A DNA stretch of 64,000 bases, taken from positions 16,740,001-16,804,000 of the forward strand of contig OZ241829.1 in the NCBI GenBank assembly GCA_965202585.1. Reading direction: 5' to 3'. This document shows positions 1 through 13,515 of the stretch, one piece after another. Position 1 is the stretch's first letter. Each line of letters begins with the position of its first letter. This DNA is from Thalia democratica (taxonomy: Eukaryota). Below the pieces are notes generated by a model. The model did no database searches. It saw only the letters and a program-made list of their open reading frames with translations, and was not told where the DNA came from. A program made the position numbers and the translations under genes.

Positions 1-225
1 AGATACTTACTTAGCATTAGTGTTAATAATGATCTTAACAAAAAAAAAACCGAATAAATAAATTAAATAATGATTTATTAAAAAAAAATTATCGACCAAG
101 TACAAAGATTAGTGGTAACAGTGACAAACAGTAAAAATACTCAAAATAAATTAATTAAAATAACACTGTAATAAAAACGTTTTTAACTAGTGAAAAATTC
201 ATCTTGTTTGAAAAAATGATCTATT

Positions 226-265
226 GTGCAAAAATATCCCGTCGTGCAAATTTGACACCTACCCA
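226..265. repeat. Remnant terminus of the GTGCAAAA-array (foldback-type) element family
   Basis: gtgcaaaaatatcccgtcgtgcaaatttgacacctaccca resembles the reverse complement of the left end of the 10555-13155 element (tgggtgggtgtcacttttgcacg). Confidence 0.55.
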
Positions 266-652
266 GTACTAATAGAAACATTAAACTAAGTCCTTTTGAA
301 ACACTAATCTAGATTATTTCAAGAACAGTATCTATTCTATTGTATACTTGGTTGAGTAAGCAAGTGTTTCTAAGTTTATTAAACAAACAAAAGCCATAAG
401 ATGTTCACTTAATGTAATTAAGTTTAAGAATTATGTTAATTGTTTTTTTTTTCAAAGCTTCCTAAATGATTTATATTTGATATTAAAATACAATTTGACT
501 ATAAAAAACGAAGTAAAAAGACAAATTTTAAATAAGTAGGTTGTTTAAATTGTTTGTAAAATATTTATATTTGTTACTATGTTGTTTAATACACGAATTC
601 AAATTAATTTGATGTGTTTTGCAGCTATAAATAATCTTAACTGAATTTAAGA

Positions 653-3452
653 ATGTCATTGAAAGTGGAAAGGAAAAAGAAGGTTAGTATTTGAAAACAA
701 CTATAGTAACAAACATTTAATTTTTTATATGTATTATGTTGTAAAACTATTGGAGAATTAACTTTTAAGGCAAAAATCATAAACTTATCATCTAAATTAG
801 TTAGTTAATCTAATTTGCTATATTTTAGAGTTTCTTAATAAATATTACAAAATTAAAAATATACATGCATAGAAAAACAATATAAGTATTTATTAGATAC
901 TATCTAGCTACATTATTGTTTTTGATTTTTTGTTTTAAAACGGCTTAAATTTAAAACAATAACTAAAAATATGTATATACTTTAAAAGTATTTAAAAAGA
1001 GTTTACCAAAGTATATGAAAATAAAAGTAAAAAAATGATTTTCAGAAGAATATTAAAACATAAATGACCAGTATTTAAACAACAATATACACAAGAAATA
1101 CAATTTCAATTAAACTAAATATATTTCGAACAATTCTCACTAGTAGAATACAAAGTTGACAAGTGATAAGATTTTACAAACTTTTATAGTAACCTTGTAA
1201 TAAAAAGATTACTAAATAACAAAGCAATTAGTAACAATTATAATCATTTAAGTTTATTCACGTTATAACTAATCTACAGTGAACTATACATCAATATCAT
1301 GAAAAAAACACTTATAATTATTTGAAAGTACTTTATTTGTTTTATTTATCTTGAACAAAAGAGCATGTCCCAAAGTGTGTAGTTAGTTTTTGATCTTCAG
1401 AATAGGAGCATGATATACAGGTCAAGGTTTTAAATGCATCTAAACGTTCATCCATTGCAAACAATTTGGGTAATAACTCAACATATGCAAACAGTTATAA
1501 TCTAAATAGATTCAAAGTTTTTAAAACTTGTAGTAGTAATTTGATTTTATTAAACTACAAACTATTTGTATTTTATTAAAGAAGCCTGTGTTATGTAAGC
1601 AAAACGACTTTTACTGTACTGTTTCTATATTTTCGTAGTATTTATGTGTGTTATTGCTTTTGTCTTTTAATCATCTTTTGATTACTTTATGATTACTTGG
1701 CTATTATATAAATTTGTAAAATATTATCTCTTTTTAGCTTTGTAATCTACTAAAGGGAATTGCTCGTAATATATTTATTTTTTTGAAATTGTGTGTCGTG
1801 TATATCTTATGGTAATTTAGTAGAATGCAAATAACAATTTATTTTAAATTTTATAACTTTAAGACCAAAAATTGATGTTCACTTCATTTTTTTTAATCAT
1901 ATTAGTTTTAATTTTACTTAAAAAAGTAAAACTTTTTTCAAAATAATTATATTATTTATATCCTGTTTTGTATGCGTTTTATATTTTTTTTATAAAAGAA
2001 TATCCGATGGGGAGGCAAATCCATAGATCATTGGATATTTAAAGCGTTTCAAAAATCTGGAACAAATGAGTTGAATATTAAGGAAGTTCGTGATAATATT
2101 TCAGAATTGCTACCAAGCCTAAAAAGCGAAATATACCAAGGCGGCTGGAAGGTAAAACTAAAAAAAAGAACTTAAATTGTGTTTATGTTTTCACAAAATC
2201 ATTGAAACACAACAAACCCTTTAAATCAAAACTTTACTTTACCTAATCTTTACTTTGTATTGGAGCACAGCGGTGTTTATTGGTTTTATTTAGTATTGGC
2301 TGAAAAATAAATACCTCACAACACAATAAAAAATTTAAACTAATAAATTAAATCAAAAAACATATTTTTTCTTAAAATTTAAGTTGGTATTTATTGTTAT
2401 TTTTACAAAACCACTTAAACATAAATACTATTTCTGTTTTAATAAAAAAAAAAACTGCTTACAGGACGCAGTGCTAAATAGGATGAAGATAAGTGAAAAA
2501 TACGAATGCGTTTCTGCGTCCGAATATCGAACAAGTTCAAGCAAGTAAGCAATTACAACATACTTAAGACTTTGATTTTTGTGTATTTATATAGGCCGTA
2601 CAACAATTATTATCACTAATATAGGTATATATTTTCTCATGTTTCAGGTTGATTTTCAGTTATTAAATAAATCTTATCCAAGCCTTCTTATATTTACATA
2701 AATTAAGAACTTTTTATTGTTAAATTTAAAGTAATCTGAACCATGTATTTACATTTTAAACCTTTTATTATGCAAACTAAGTTTTGGTCAATGGCCTCGT
2801 CAGTGCTTTAAAAAAATATAAAAAGATGTGTAAAAGTCATGAAAAATAGTATTTAAACAATTAAGCAATTCAAAACATGATATATATAAATTTTTCTTTT
2901 CATTTTAACTTACTGAAATGTTTTTTCAGGATTTTGTGTAACACAGTTTGGAGGTTGAAAAATGACGATGGTGGAGTGCAAGGTTTGGCCTTTTTTTTTG
3001 CTAAGGATATGTTTAATGTCAAAATGTTTACCTAAAATACCTCATAAAAATACGATCAAATAAACTTTAGTTTGTGTTGAAAACATTTTTTTAACTGAAA
3101 AGACATCTTTGCCACAAAGCAACAAATCAAACTTATTAAGTAAAAGGTAATAAAATAAAAAAATTTGTAGACATAAGTTGAGAAAAAACATCTATTTTAA
3201 AGAAGATTAAAACTAACAAATTTTTAGATTAAATTTTTCTTTATATATAACTTATAATTAATTTAATGACATAAAGTTTTAATACTTTCGTAAAAAATAA
3301 ATATTACTAGAAAATTTGAACATTGTTAAAATTTACTAATGTACAGTGCAATATTTAGTTTAAATCTATTTTTTATTTGTCTTAAAAAAGTATAAAAGTA
3401 GGCTTGTTTTATACTTTATTTTTATACAGATGCAGAACAACCACTTAACTGA
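653..3452 (+). CDS. Small (112 aa) divergent forkhead-like winged-helix protein, 5 coding exons
   Basis: Exons 653-682, 1999-2151, 2465-2544, 2930-2982 and 3430-3452; all introns are GT-AG with compatible phases (0,0,2,1). In-frame TAA upstream of the ATG, an acceptor at 624/625, and AATAAA at ~3484. Protein: MSLKVERKKKNIRWGGKSIDHWIFKAFQKSGTNELNIKEVRDNISELLPSLKSEIYQGGWKDAVLNRMKISEKYECVSASEYRTSSSKILCNTVWRLKNDDGGVQDAEQPLN. By-eye ungapped match to the forkhead pattern (S..IxxAIQSS..xLTLxEIYxWI...FP; GWxNSIRHNLSLNxCFxKV; YWxL). The gene model is better supported than the fold call. Confidence 0.75.
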
Positions 3453-5152
3453 TCAGTCTAATATAAAACAGGAAGGAATTATTAATAAAACCATTTATAT
3501 TTATTGTAAATTATCATATATTTCGGCTATTTTTTTACAATAAAATTAATAATTTAATAAAAATTATAACAAATGTTTAGTTCTAAAAAGGTAAATAAAA
3601 GTTTTCAACTACAAAATAAAATTATATCAATGAGACAAAAACTATTAGAATTTTTTACGTTTCTTATGCTGTGTGATTTTGTATATTTAAAAAAACTTTG
3701 TGTTGTTTGTTGTGTTTTTGAACTAATTTTCAGATAAAATAAATCACGACAAAAATTAGATTGCTGTTTTTTAGTAACATTCTATTTATTTTGTGTATTA
3801 TCTAGGTTATTTAAAGTTACTACACCTTTTTATATTATTTTAGATTTACCTTGTGTTTGCATGTCAATTCAGGTCGGACTCAACAAACTACGACAATACA
3901 TATTCTTAATTAAAAAACACAAACTTAAGGCCTACAACTCGAAAATTTATATATGTTTGAAACAAAAGATTTGTCTAAAGGTCTAATAAAAACTATAAAC
4001 ATATTTTTTGTTTTTGAACAAATACTTTTTTATAAACTTTTGGAAAAAAAAAAGAAATACAATTGATAAATTATTTCAGCCATGTTTCCAAGAATATTTT
4101 GAAATAGTTTTTGAACTATTAAGAAACCTTTATATGCAGTTAGGTTATCAACTCGTACACCACGGATACAGTTTAATGCCTAGTCCAGGACATATTAACT
4201 CTTTTATACATGAACTATTTTATTAAAGTGTTTTATTCAAAAGTTTATTAAATATTTCAAAGTTTTTATTTTTATTAAGGTGAAGGAATATTTTTATCTG
4301 ATTAAAAAGTAGTTTATAAGTCAATACTAGTACAAAAATCAAACATTAAGTTAACTAAAAAGACGAACTTTACCTACCTTTAACACCTGACCTTAATTTT
4401 TGCTAATCATCTTAGCATAAAAAAACACGTTATATCAAATTCTAAATTTCTGAAATCGAGCTAAGATTGAAAATAAGAATCAGTTACAAACGTTTTGTAC
4501 TTTTTAACAAATTTAATATTTATATAAACGTTATTTATGTCTTTTTTTATAAATTTTATGTCATCAATTAATTTAATTAAACGACTATCTAAGTTTAATA
4601 TGAACTTCGTATACGTAATAAATATATAACTTTTTGTTTGCATTTATTAGTTTAGTTTTGTTGTTTTGATGGTAATCTTGCTTTAAAATCTTAAAAACAA
4701 TTATATCATTAAAAAAACATTTATAGAAAAAAAAATTTAATTAAAAAATCTTAAGAGCATAGGTTTTTGAGATTGTTTTTAAAATTAAAAGAAAATTTAT
4801 TTGTTGGTTTCTATATATTAAATAATATCACTTGTAAAAAAGTTTTGAAAAGCAACAGAAACTTGTTCAGTAGTTAGCTTCGTGTAAATAATAAATTTAC
4901 ACTTTCATAACATATCTTGGTTATGTAGAAAAATTTAAGATGTAAGTGAAACAAAAGAAAGCGTTAACAACTACTTAAATATTGATATTTACACTAGTAA
5001 AATATGCACAAATTTATAAGTATAAATAAACGTTGAAATATTTTTTATTATTTTTTTTTCAAACTTGTTAACTGTGTTTTATTTATATAATCGTGGTACT
5101 TTAACCCACGATTTGCATTAACTATCATTTTCAACACAGTTGTATGTGTGCT

Positions 5153-5590
5153 TCATCCACTCATTCTTTTCTGTATAGTAAATCCAAAACGTTGGCAAGT
5201 TAAAATACCTAAATACAACAAAATTAGTTTCTTTTGGATAAACGCAGTCGTTAGAATTATGCGGCTATCTTCTGAGATAATAGACCGTTTTGTTAAGTTA
5301 GACTTGTTGAAAGTAGAGTCGAAAACTTCAAAATTTTCAGCTGTGATATCACTAAACACAAACAACTTGTCTTTTATAGCAACAGAGTTTTGGCCACGTC
5401 TACTATGAACCATGCTTGGCATTTATGTCCATGCATCAGCTATATGGTCATATGACTCAACTGTGTTTGACGACCAAGCCTGACCCCATCCACCACAGTC
5501 TACAATTTTTCCTTCAAAAACTAATAAAGATGCATCATTTTTATTTTCAATCGTTCTTTAGACTTGACTCCAAAAGATCATTTGCTTTTA
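5153..5590 (-). pseudogene. Intronless kelch-repeat (KLHL-like) pseudogene fragment
   Basis: One minus frame reads WSQV*RTIENKNDASLLVFEGKIVDCGGWGQAWSSNTVESYDHIADAWT*MPSMVHSRRGQNSVAIKDKLFVFSDITAENFEVFDSTFNK. It has kelch GG, Y and W hallmarks, two in-frame stops (one TAA at 5423-5425) and no introns. Confidence 0.8.
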
Positions 5591-7803
5591 CAGATAAAAT
5601 TAGATCATTTTCTTTATTCTTTTGCTGTTTTTATTTTTTGTTGTCAAAATATTTATAGCCTTTGATTTTTTTATTTTAACAGTTTGTAAAATGTACTTTT
5701 AAAGAAAAATAAATATTAATCAACATTTTCATTTATGGAACAAAGACTTGTACGAATTTTTCAAAATAATTTTTATTAAGCTTTTTTATAAATAGTGTTT
5801 TGAGAAATTTTTAGTTATCATGAGTCTAAGAAAGCATAAGAATATTTTTTATTATAAATTTTTTAAGGTTGTATAGTTTATCTTCAGTTTTAAGTTCTAC
5901 TACTTAGTAAAATTTGAAACAAAGGCAAAATAATTGCTTTTTCAGGTTTTTTTTTTTGTATAAAATCAAAACAGACACTTTTTCTTAAGCTTAAAAAACA
6001 ATAATAAAAGCTAAAAGCAGAAATTAAAAAATATAGTAAATACAAGTAAAAGTATAAAGAAGCTTTTTTTTAAACTAGTTATTAGGAGTATATTTATAAA
6101 AAGTTGTTATTTATTTTAAGTATTATTTTGGTAAATACATTATTTTAAAAATTGTTTTTTTATTTCAACATTTTTTGTTATGAATTATTACTACTTCATA
6201 TTTATTAAATTCTTATAAAGAATAAAAATTTATAAAAAAAAGAATCTCTAAAATTAAAAAAAAAGTTTTTGTACAACTAGTTATAGTAATGTTCTAGCAA
6301 AGTAATTTTGTTTTTTTTATAGAATTTTATTCCGATTATAAACTCAGTTATGTTAATAGAAATCTAAATTTTGGCGATTTATAACAAACTTCATTTATAT
6401 AGCAAATTAAAATTGTGTATTTCATAAATATTTTACGGAATGAGCAAAAAATAGAATAGAATTGATTTTATTAATTTTGTCTTATATAATATGTTTTAAT
6501 TTTTTTTTTCTACGCAACGGTAATATTTTGATTTTTTTAATTTTAATCAAATTTTTTTTATCATTATTTATTTAAAAATATTAAAAAAAAAATTAAGTTC
6601 TTTAGCTGTTAAACCCATTTTTAGTAGATAAACGTTTTTTTATAAATATTTGCAAAAGAAAACAATAAAAATTTTTTATAGAAAACCCTTCGAGTTGAAC
6701 ATCGCACAATCAAAACACAAGGAAAAACATATGCTATATCATAAATGCAACTTTAATCAAGAAAACATGCTCACCAAGTTCAGTTATATTCAAAAAAAAA
6801 TGTCATATTAATAAAACAGCTACTAAAAAGTTCAGCTAGAGGTTATACTAACTGTGCATACGTTTGTGTATGTAGTACTTATTTATTAAGACTTATGGAA
6901 AAATTACATATAATTTTCTTTGATCTAGTGTACTTTAATTATCAGTTAAAACTTTAAATAAAAATTAAATGGTCAAATTTCTAATGTTTATGTTTAACTA
7001 AGTATAAAATAGCATCATATTATACAAATGCTCAACATTCAAAACAACCTAACAACTGCAATGCAGAAATTTTATTAAAGTAAGGTTTAGTAAACAGTAT
7101 GTTTATCAATTTGAAAAATCAGATAAAACTACGCTAACTGAAATGTTATGTTCTTATAGACATTCAATCTTAATATATTTCGTAATGTTATTATATTATT
7201 TTAAGAAAACAATATACGGTGAACATTAACTGCTAGAGTTATAGATCTTTTTAAAAAGTATTTCATATTAAATAAACAAGTCATTAACGACAAAATATTA
7301 ATTTATCAAAGTTTTACTTTATTTTTTAATTTAGACGTAATGCAGTACTTATCTTAAAATAAAATACTAATATTGACAATCAAAATCTTTGCAAAAACAA
7401 CAACTCATTTTTAATACAAGATTTCATTTGATTAGCTTGATAAAAACAATACGAATTATAAGTAATACTCTCCACTAAATCATAGTTTAGACAAACTTTT
7501 AAGCTCTAAACTTTTTGAGTTTGTTTGATGCTCAAGGTTTTGTTTTTCTAAACTAACTAATCATATCGTTATAAAACCTTGACTCCAGTTTTATGAACAT
7601 ACCTTAAAAAACTATTATCCTACTTGAATAGCAAAAAAAAAATGAAAACTTTAATTAAAAAAATAATTAGTATATAAAATGTTCACTAGTAACATTCAAT
7701 ATTTTTTTATAAATTATCTACATGAAGTTCTACTTATAAAAATGTATTATTAAATATTTTATTTGTTATGGTACTTAAACCATTAATAATTCGTAGTTTA
7801 TCC

Positions 7804-7982
7804 CAGTGGCGACGCATTTTATTTTTTTAGGGGTTCGAAAATTCTACAAGTATTTAAAAAAGACCTTAATTTTATATTTCTTAGATCTAAATAGTAAAAT
7901 GATAATAGAGCAATTACAAAAAATCGTTTTACAAACAATTCAAAAAAAACTATACAATGCCCAACCTCACGCAACGCCACAA
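7804..7982. mobile_element. Short degenerate hAT-type MITE (same TIR family as 18694-19758)
   Basis: Ends cagtggcgacgc... and ...acgcaacgccacaa; flanks gtttatcc / gtttacct (6/8 match to an 8-bp TSD). Confidence 0.55.
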
Positions 7983-10066
7983 GTTTACCTTTAATACAAT
8001 TTTTAACTGTTGAACTATTGTTGCAAAAACCTAAAATGAATTAAAACAAATTAAATTCACTTTTGAAAATAAAAAAGCATAGTGATAAAACGTACAATAT
8101 TTTTTTATGTCTGGTATATATTTAAATTTATGAATTTTAAAATTAATATTTTACCGCAAACTTTCTCATCCTTCATATAAGAAAACATGTTTTCATATTT
8201 AGCAACTAGTAAGGAGGGAAAGATAAAACTGTGCTTTATATTTTTAGTTTTTAACTTGGTTTTGACTAAAAGACTAATTAGGTTTGTTTTTTTATATTTG
8301 TCAGATTTAATATACCAAACGAACCAAAGAACTCAAGAAAGATTCATTTTACTAATTTTAAAATATTAAAGTACTAACTTTTGATGTGTCTTTTTTGATA
8401 CAAGTTATATAAATCTCTTTACATATATGAAAAATTTTAGTAGTAATTAGGTTTAATTTTATTATCCATTAATTAGAATAGTTCGTACATATATATAAAA
8501 GTTTATTCTGTACAAAATTTTCAATAATTAATTTAAAAAGATGATTCTATCACGATATAACACAATAAACATTTTATATACTTGTTATGTTTATTTGCAG
8601 TAACATCATCCATTGTTTTTTTTAATTTAAATAAGTTAAGTAACAAATTATTAGTTCAATTTAAAGTTTTGTAGGAGTTAAAATTTTTGCAGATATGACT
8701 AATATATATATAATTAAACTTACTTGCATTAAAAATTGTTTAATCTTTTAACTATTTTATTAAAAAACACATTTTATTTTCAAATAAAATTGTGTGTTCA
8801 TAAAAAACTGAAAAAAAGCAACAACGATAAACTTGTGATAAAACTAAAAGTAAAACTTAAAAATTTTCATAGTTATTTATGAAAATGTTGTGGCAGATAA
8901 TGGATCTATCTGAAACTAAAACTTTTTGCTTTTGAAAACATGCAGTTGTTGGTTATTAAAGAGTAAAATAAAGAATAGTATAAATTTAAAAGATATTTTT
9001 AAGAACTAAATTTAAAAAAGTTAGTGTTTTAAAGTTGTAGTATTTAAGCACGAGAGCTATTGTTATCTTAAAAGTATGAACCTGTATTTTTAACTTTTAA
9101 TTAATAAAGAAATAAGAAAAGCTTACGTCAATCATAAACAATCAATTTAATAAAGTTAAAAACAAATAAATTTTATAGTATTTTTACTGAGTAACGTCAA
9201 ATAGATTTACTCACAAATTTACATTTAGTTACAAATTTAATTAAAATTATTTCGTTTCACTGTGTAACCAAGAAAATTCACTTTAATAAATAATTTTGAA
9301 AATCACCTGTAGGTGGTTTAATATAATCTTAAGCAGTTTAGTTTTTAGTTAGAAGTATCTAGTTGACAGAAAAACTAACTCGATATTTACTACTTTTTAC
9401 TTTCAAACGTTTTAGAAAAATATTGTGATACAAAAAAAAAATTAAGCTTCTAGGTTGATTGTTTGGAAATTTTTACAACTTGAATGTCTTATACAGAAGT
9501 TTACCCTAAAAGGTTTAACTGCTTTAGATTTTATTCCGATGAATAATAATTTTCTCCTATTAACAGAAAATACTTTTATTGATAAATAAGTACATGCTTT
9601 TCTTAGTCAAAGAATTACAAGGCTGAAAAAAAACTTGTTTGTATTAATTAGAAATACAGTTAAGTACAATTTGAATAAATTAAAATTAATATATGCGACC
9701 TAATTACTCAAAACAAAATATTGATATCGCTTAGAATGAAAATTAAATTTAATTCATTAAATACATGACTCAAAAGTATTGTTTTTTTAGCTTACAATTA
9801 TACGAACATTAGTTGATAAGTGAACTTTTCAAAATGCATGTCCTTCAAGTTAAAAATTTTACGTTAAAAAATTAAAAACTTTGTTAATACTTTGTCTCAG
9901 TTCCAATCATTACTTATAACTAACTAGCTTAAAAAATATTAAAGGTATGCTCAGCTTAAAGTTGCAGATGGCTAAAAAAATAAATCTTTTAATTTTATTT
10001 AAATTTTTAGAAAACAACTGTTTTAGTTAAGACAAAAAATATTTTTTCTACAAAATTTTCCAAATA

Positions 10067-13000
10067 CCGTAACCTCTCGTTTATTCAGCATAATGTGTCC
10101 ACAGAAAAAATGCGTAAAGATACGAGAGATCGTAAAGATACGAGAGGTACGAAATATACTTACTATAATAGCTTTTTTGATATTTTTTTGATATTGCTTC
10201 TACTTAAAAGCAGACTGAGGACTTTCTGACTTATAACAATTTGTTTACTTTATTTATAAGTATGTATACAAAAGATAAAACTTTACATATAAAAGAAAGG
10301 ATTTAATTGTATGTAAAATGATAATACTTGTAGAAAAATTTTATTAATTTTAATAATAAGTAGATTTTATCTTTATCTTTACTTATGTCTGACTTATATG
10401 ATACTTAACATTTATATTCTATTCTACTCAAAAATCGCTGTGCAAAGCAAATGTTACAGAAGAAGAACATAAACTAAAAAAAAAAACGTCAAATGAAAAT
10501 TAGTTATATGTTTACTAAAAAAACAATTAAGATTTGTTTTAAGTGTAAGCTCTATGGGTGGGTGTCACTTTTGCACGAGCGTCACTTTTGCACGACTGTC
10601 ACTTATGCACGAAGGGTCACTTTTGCACGAGGGGACACTTTTGCACAAGGGGACACTTTTGCACGGCGACTCTTTTGCACGAGCGTCACTTTAGCACGAG
10701 GGGACACTTTTGCACGACATCACTTTTGCACGCAGGGTCACTTTTGCACGAGGGGACACTTTTGCACGGCGTCACTTTTGCACGAGCGTCACTTTATCAC
10801 GAGGGGACACTTTTGCACGGAGGGTCACTTTTGCACGAGGGGACACTTTTGCACGGCGACTCTTTTGCAAGGAGGGTCACTTTTGCACGAAGGGACACTT
10901 TTGCACGGCGTCACTTTTGCACGCAGGGTCATTTTTGTACGGCGTAATTTTTGCACGAGGAGACACTTCTGCACGGCGACATTTGTTACGGCAGCATTGT
11001 TGCACAACGGTACTTTTGCACAACGTCACATTTTTACTATGAAGATTTTGCCCAGCGACATTTTGGCACAATGATTTTTTCGCACGGAACATCAATTTTT
11101 CATTTTGGTAAAAAGTTCTTTAGTTAGTACCAAATTTTTAACATACTTATATTAAAGGCAAAAAATGAAAGATTTAAAATCTTAAACAGTAAAAGTTAAT
11201 GTTAGAAACAAATTAAGGAAAGATAAAATATAATTATTTATAAAAAATTCATACCAGGGACAAAAAAAATAATTAATTTAGAAACTAGGATAAAAAATAC
11301 TTTGAGTGTACGTAAGTTGTTCTAGTTTATTTTGAACTTTAATATATTAGTCAACAACTATGTCATATTATACATTTAACTACACAGTTAAAAGTTTATT
11401 GTCAATATGATGGACCTAGGCATCAAAACCTAGACCACTTAAACTGAAAGAAACATAACAAAAAATAAAATTAATACAAGAAGTTTATTTATTAAAACAA
11501 AGATAAAAACATAGTTTGATATAAAACTTATAGGTTAACATAAAAAGCAAAATGTTAAACACAAACTTATACTTATTTACGCTTTGATGTAGAACGATGA
11601 ACGTCAAATATTTAAACGCATTGATTAACAACAAAAACCTAACGCTCCAAGGACATTAAAAATAGACTGGCTAGATGAGTAATCATTAAATACATTGAAA
11701 AAGGACTCATTATTAATATAGTAAAGGTGCTGCTAATATAATAAATTGAATTAGAAACTAAGCTTAATCTTAAAATTAAATCAACGGTTGATAAAAATTA
11801 CTGATTAATTTTGCTAACACAAATATAATTTTGATATAAAAATTTTAACTTCAATCGAAATTCTTTAAAATTTTTGCAAGAAACTAATTCATTTGTAAGT
11901 TTGTTCCAAATTTCAACTGACCGATAAAAAAAAATTCTGCCAAGCCTCATTATTGAAATTTTGCAGCGGTTGAAGACTAATATGATATATTTTCTTTTAA
12001 CATAAGTTCAAACTTCCAAATGTTATTTCTCTTTGGCTTATCATGATCATGCAAAGTTATAATGCTGAAATAATCCAAGTTCAAATCATTTTATTGCTCT
12101 TTTTATTCTCACGCTAAATTAAAAAATAGACTGAAAAATAAACGTCAAGTAAAATCTTAAATACCTTCACAATTCAAAAATTAACTAAATCTTTTGTTTT
12201 ATTTTAACAATCGTTTAAAATTAAAATAAATTTTAACCATTTGTTTAACAACTATATATTGCTAATTTGAACATCAAGAGAATATAAATAAAAAATAATA
12301 CTCAAGATTCGTGTTTCAAAGCCTTACTAAATTAAGGTTATCTTTCTCTTTAAAATTTCAGGAGATTCAGATAATTTTTATTTAAATTATTCAAAATTGT
12401 TTGTTATTCATCTAGTTTATTTTGATTAAGATTATAAATATGAATAAATGAATTGTGGTACGTAATTATATTGTTCTCCGTAAAACTTAAGATAAAAACT
12501 TTTATTTAAGAAATTTATTTAAGCACTGACTAGGTATTAGACCAAAACTTAGTTTGTAAAATAAATTTTTGCAGCAATTATTTCATAAAAACTTTACATT
12601 AAAATTTATTAAAAAACTACAACATTTTATTTATTCAAAACAACTTGCGTTTAAAAGCGAATATTATTTAAATTGACAAAAAAAAATCTATTTATATTTT
12701 TATTTGAGAAAATAAAAATTAGAAGCGTGCAAAAGTGAAGTTCCGTTCAAAATTGACTGATTATTTAAAATTTTGCAGTTCATAAGTATACCCGTGAAAT
12801 TATAACGCCGTGCGAAAGTGACGCTTTGCAAAAATGTCGTCATGGAAATGTAACGTCGTGCAAAAGTTTTGACGTGTAAAAATGTCGCCGTGCAAAAGTG
12901 TCCTTCGTGCAAAAGTGACCCTCCGTGCAAAAGTGTCACCTCGTGCAAAATTGACCCTGCGTGCAAAAGTGACCATCCGTGCAAAAGTGTCACCTCGTGC

Positions 13001-13515
13001 TAAAGTGACGCTTGTGCAAAAGAGTCGCCGTGCAAAAGTGTCCCCTCGTGCAAAAGTGAACCTTCGTGCAAAAGTGACGCTCGTGCAAAAGTGTCCCCTC
13101 ATGCAAAAGTGTCTTCGTGCTAAAGTGACGCTCGTGCAAAAGTGACCCGTTGCCATATTATTTATTTGTTTTACAAACTCTCATTATTTCATTACACTTT
13201 CATTATTTAACACAGTCATATTTCTTTCAGAATTTTAATTTAACCTCTTATTAATAAAATTTTTTTTAATATACAGAGGTATAACTAAATGTTTATCAAT
13301 TAGTCAAGGAACATAAGTTTACAAAGTCTAAAGGTATAGAGAGGTGAGTTTGTACTTAAAAACGTTTTTTACATTAAAAATAGACAATAAACATTATTTA
13401 TGCAATATCAAAGAAAACTAACGTTTTCATTTTTTGAACTTTTTAGAATTCTAAAATGCGTAACTCAACGAGAGTGCGTAACGTCACAAGTGCGTAAAGA
13501 TTCGAGAGGTTACTG
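10067..13515. mobile_element. TA-flanked Tc1/mariner-pogo-type MITE, copy A, interrupted by a nested foldback-type element
   Basis: TIRs (c)cgtaacctctcg / cgagaggttactg are each flanked by TA. Segments 10067-10554 and 13156-13515 are colinear with the copies at 41711 and 54109. Confidence 0.85.
10555..13155. mobile_element. Foldback-type element with long modular inverted arms built of ~20-bp units (GTCACTTTTGCACGAGGG / GACACTTTTGCACGGCG)
   Basis: Tandem array at ~10555-11090 and the reverse-complement array at ~12725-13155 enclose a ~1.6-kb unique core. Ends are TA-tgg ... cca-TA. The long ORFs in the track here are array artefacts. Confidence 0.8.

Noticed and set aside
1345-1490. Minus-strand frame ELLPKLFAMDERLDAFKTLTCISCSYSEDQKLTTHFGTCSFVQDK* in intron 1 of the forkhead-like gene
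   Set aside because: Short, no in-frame acceptor or partner exons, no recognisable family.
3844-3984. Alternative phase-1 last exon for the forkhead-like gene (DLPCVCMSIQVGL...)
   Set aside because: Phase match has a one-in-three chance, composition is intron-like after the first codons, and the nearer exon at 3430 has a stop and AATAAA.
10555-11090. CRISPR-like regularly spaced repeats
   Set aside because: No unique spacers, no cas genes, eukaryotic context, and a mirrored array at 12725-13155 indicates transposon arms.
10493-13156. Long ORFs (10493-11074, 10558-10947, 10710-11042, 12700-12993, 12800-13156, 12882-13145) with HFCT/TFARR/LLHE repeats
   Set aside because: Open in several frames on both strands only because the ~20-bp repeat lacks stops; not proteins.
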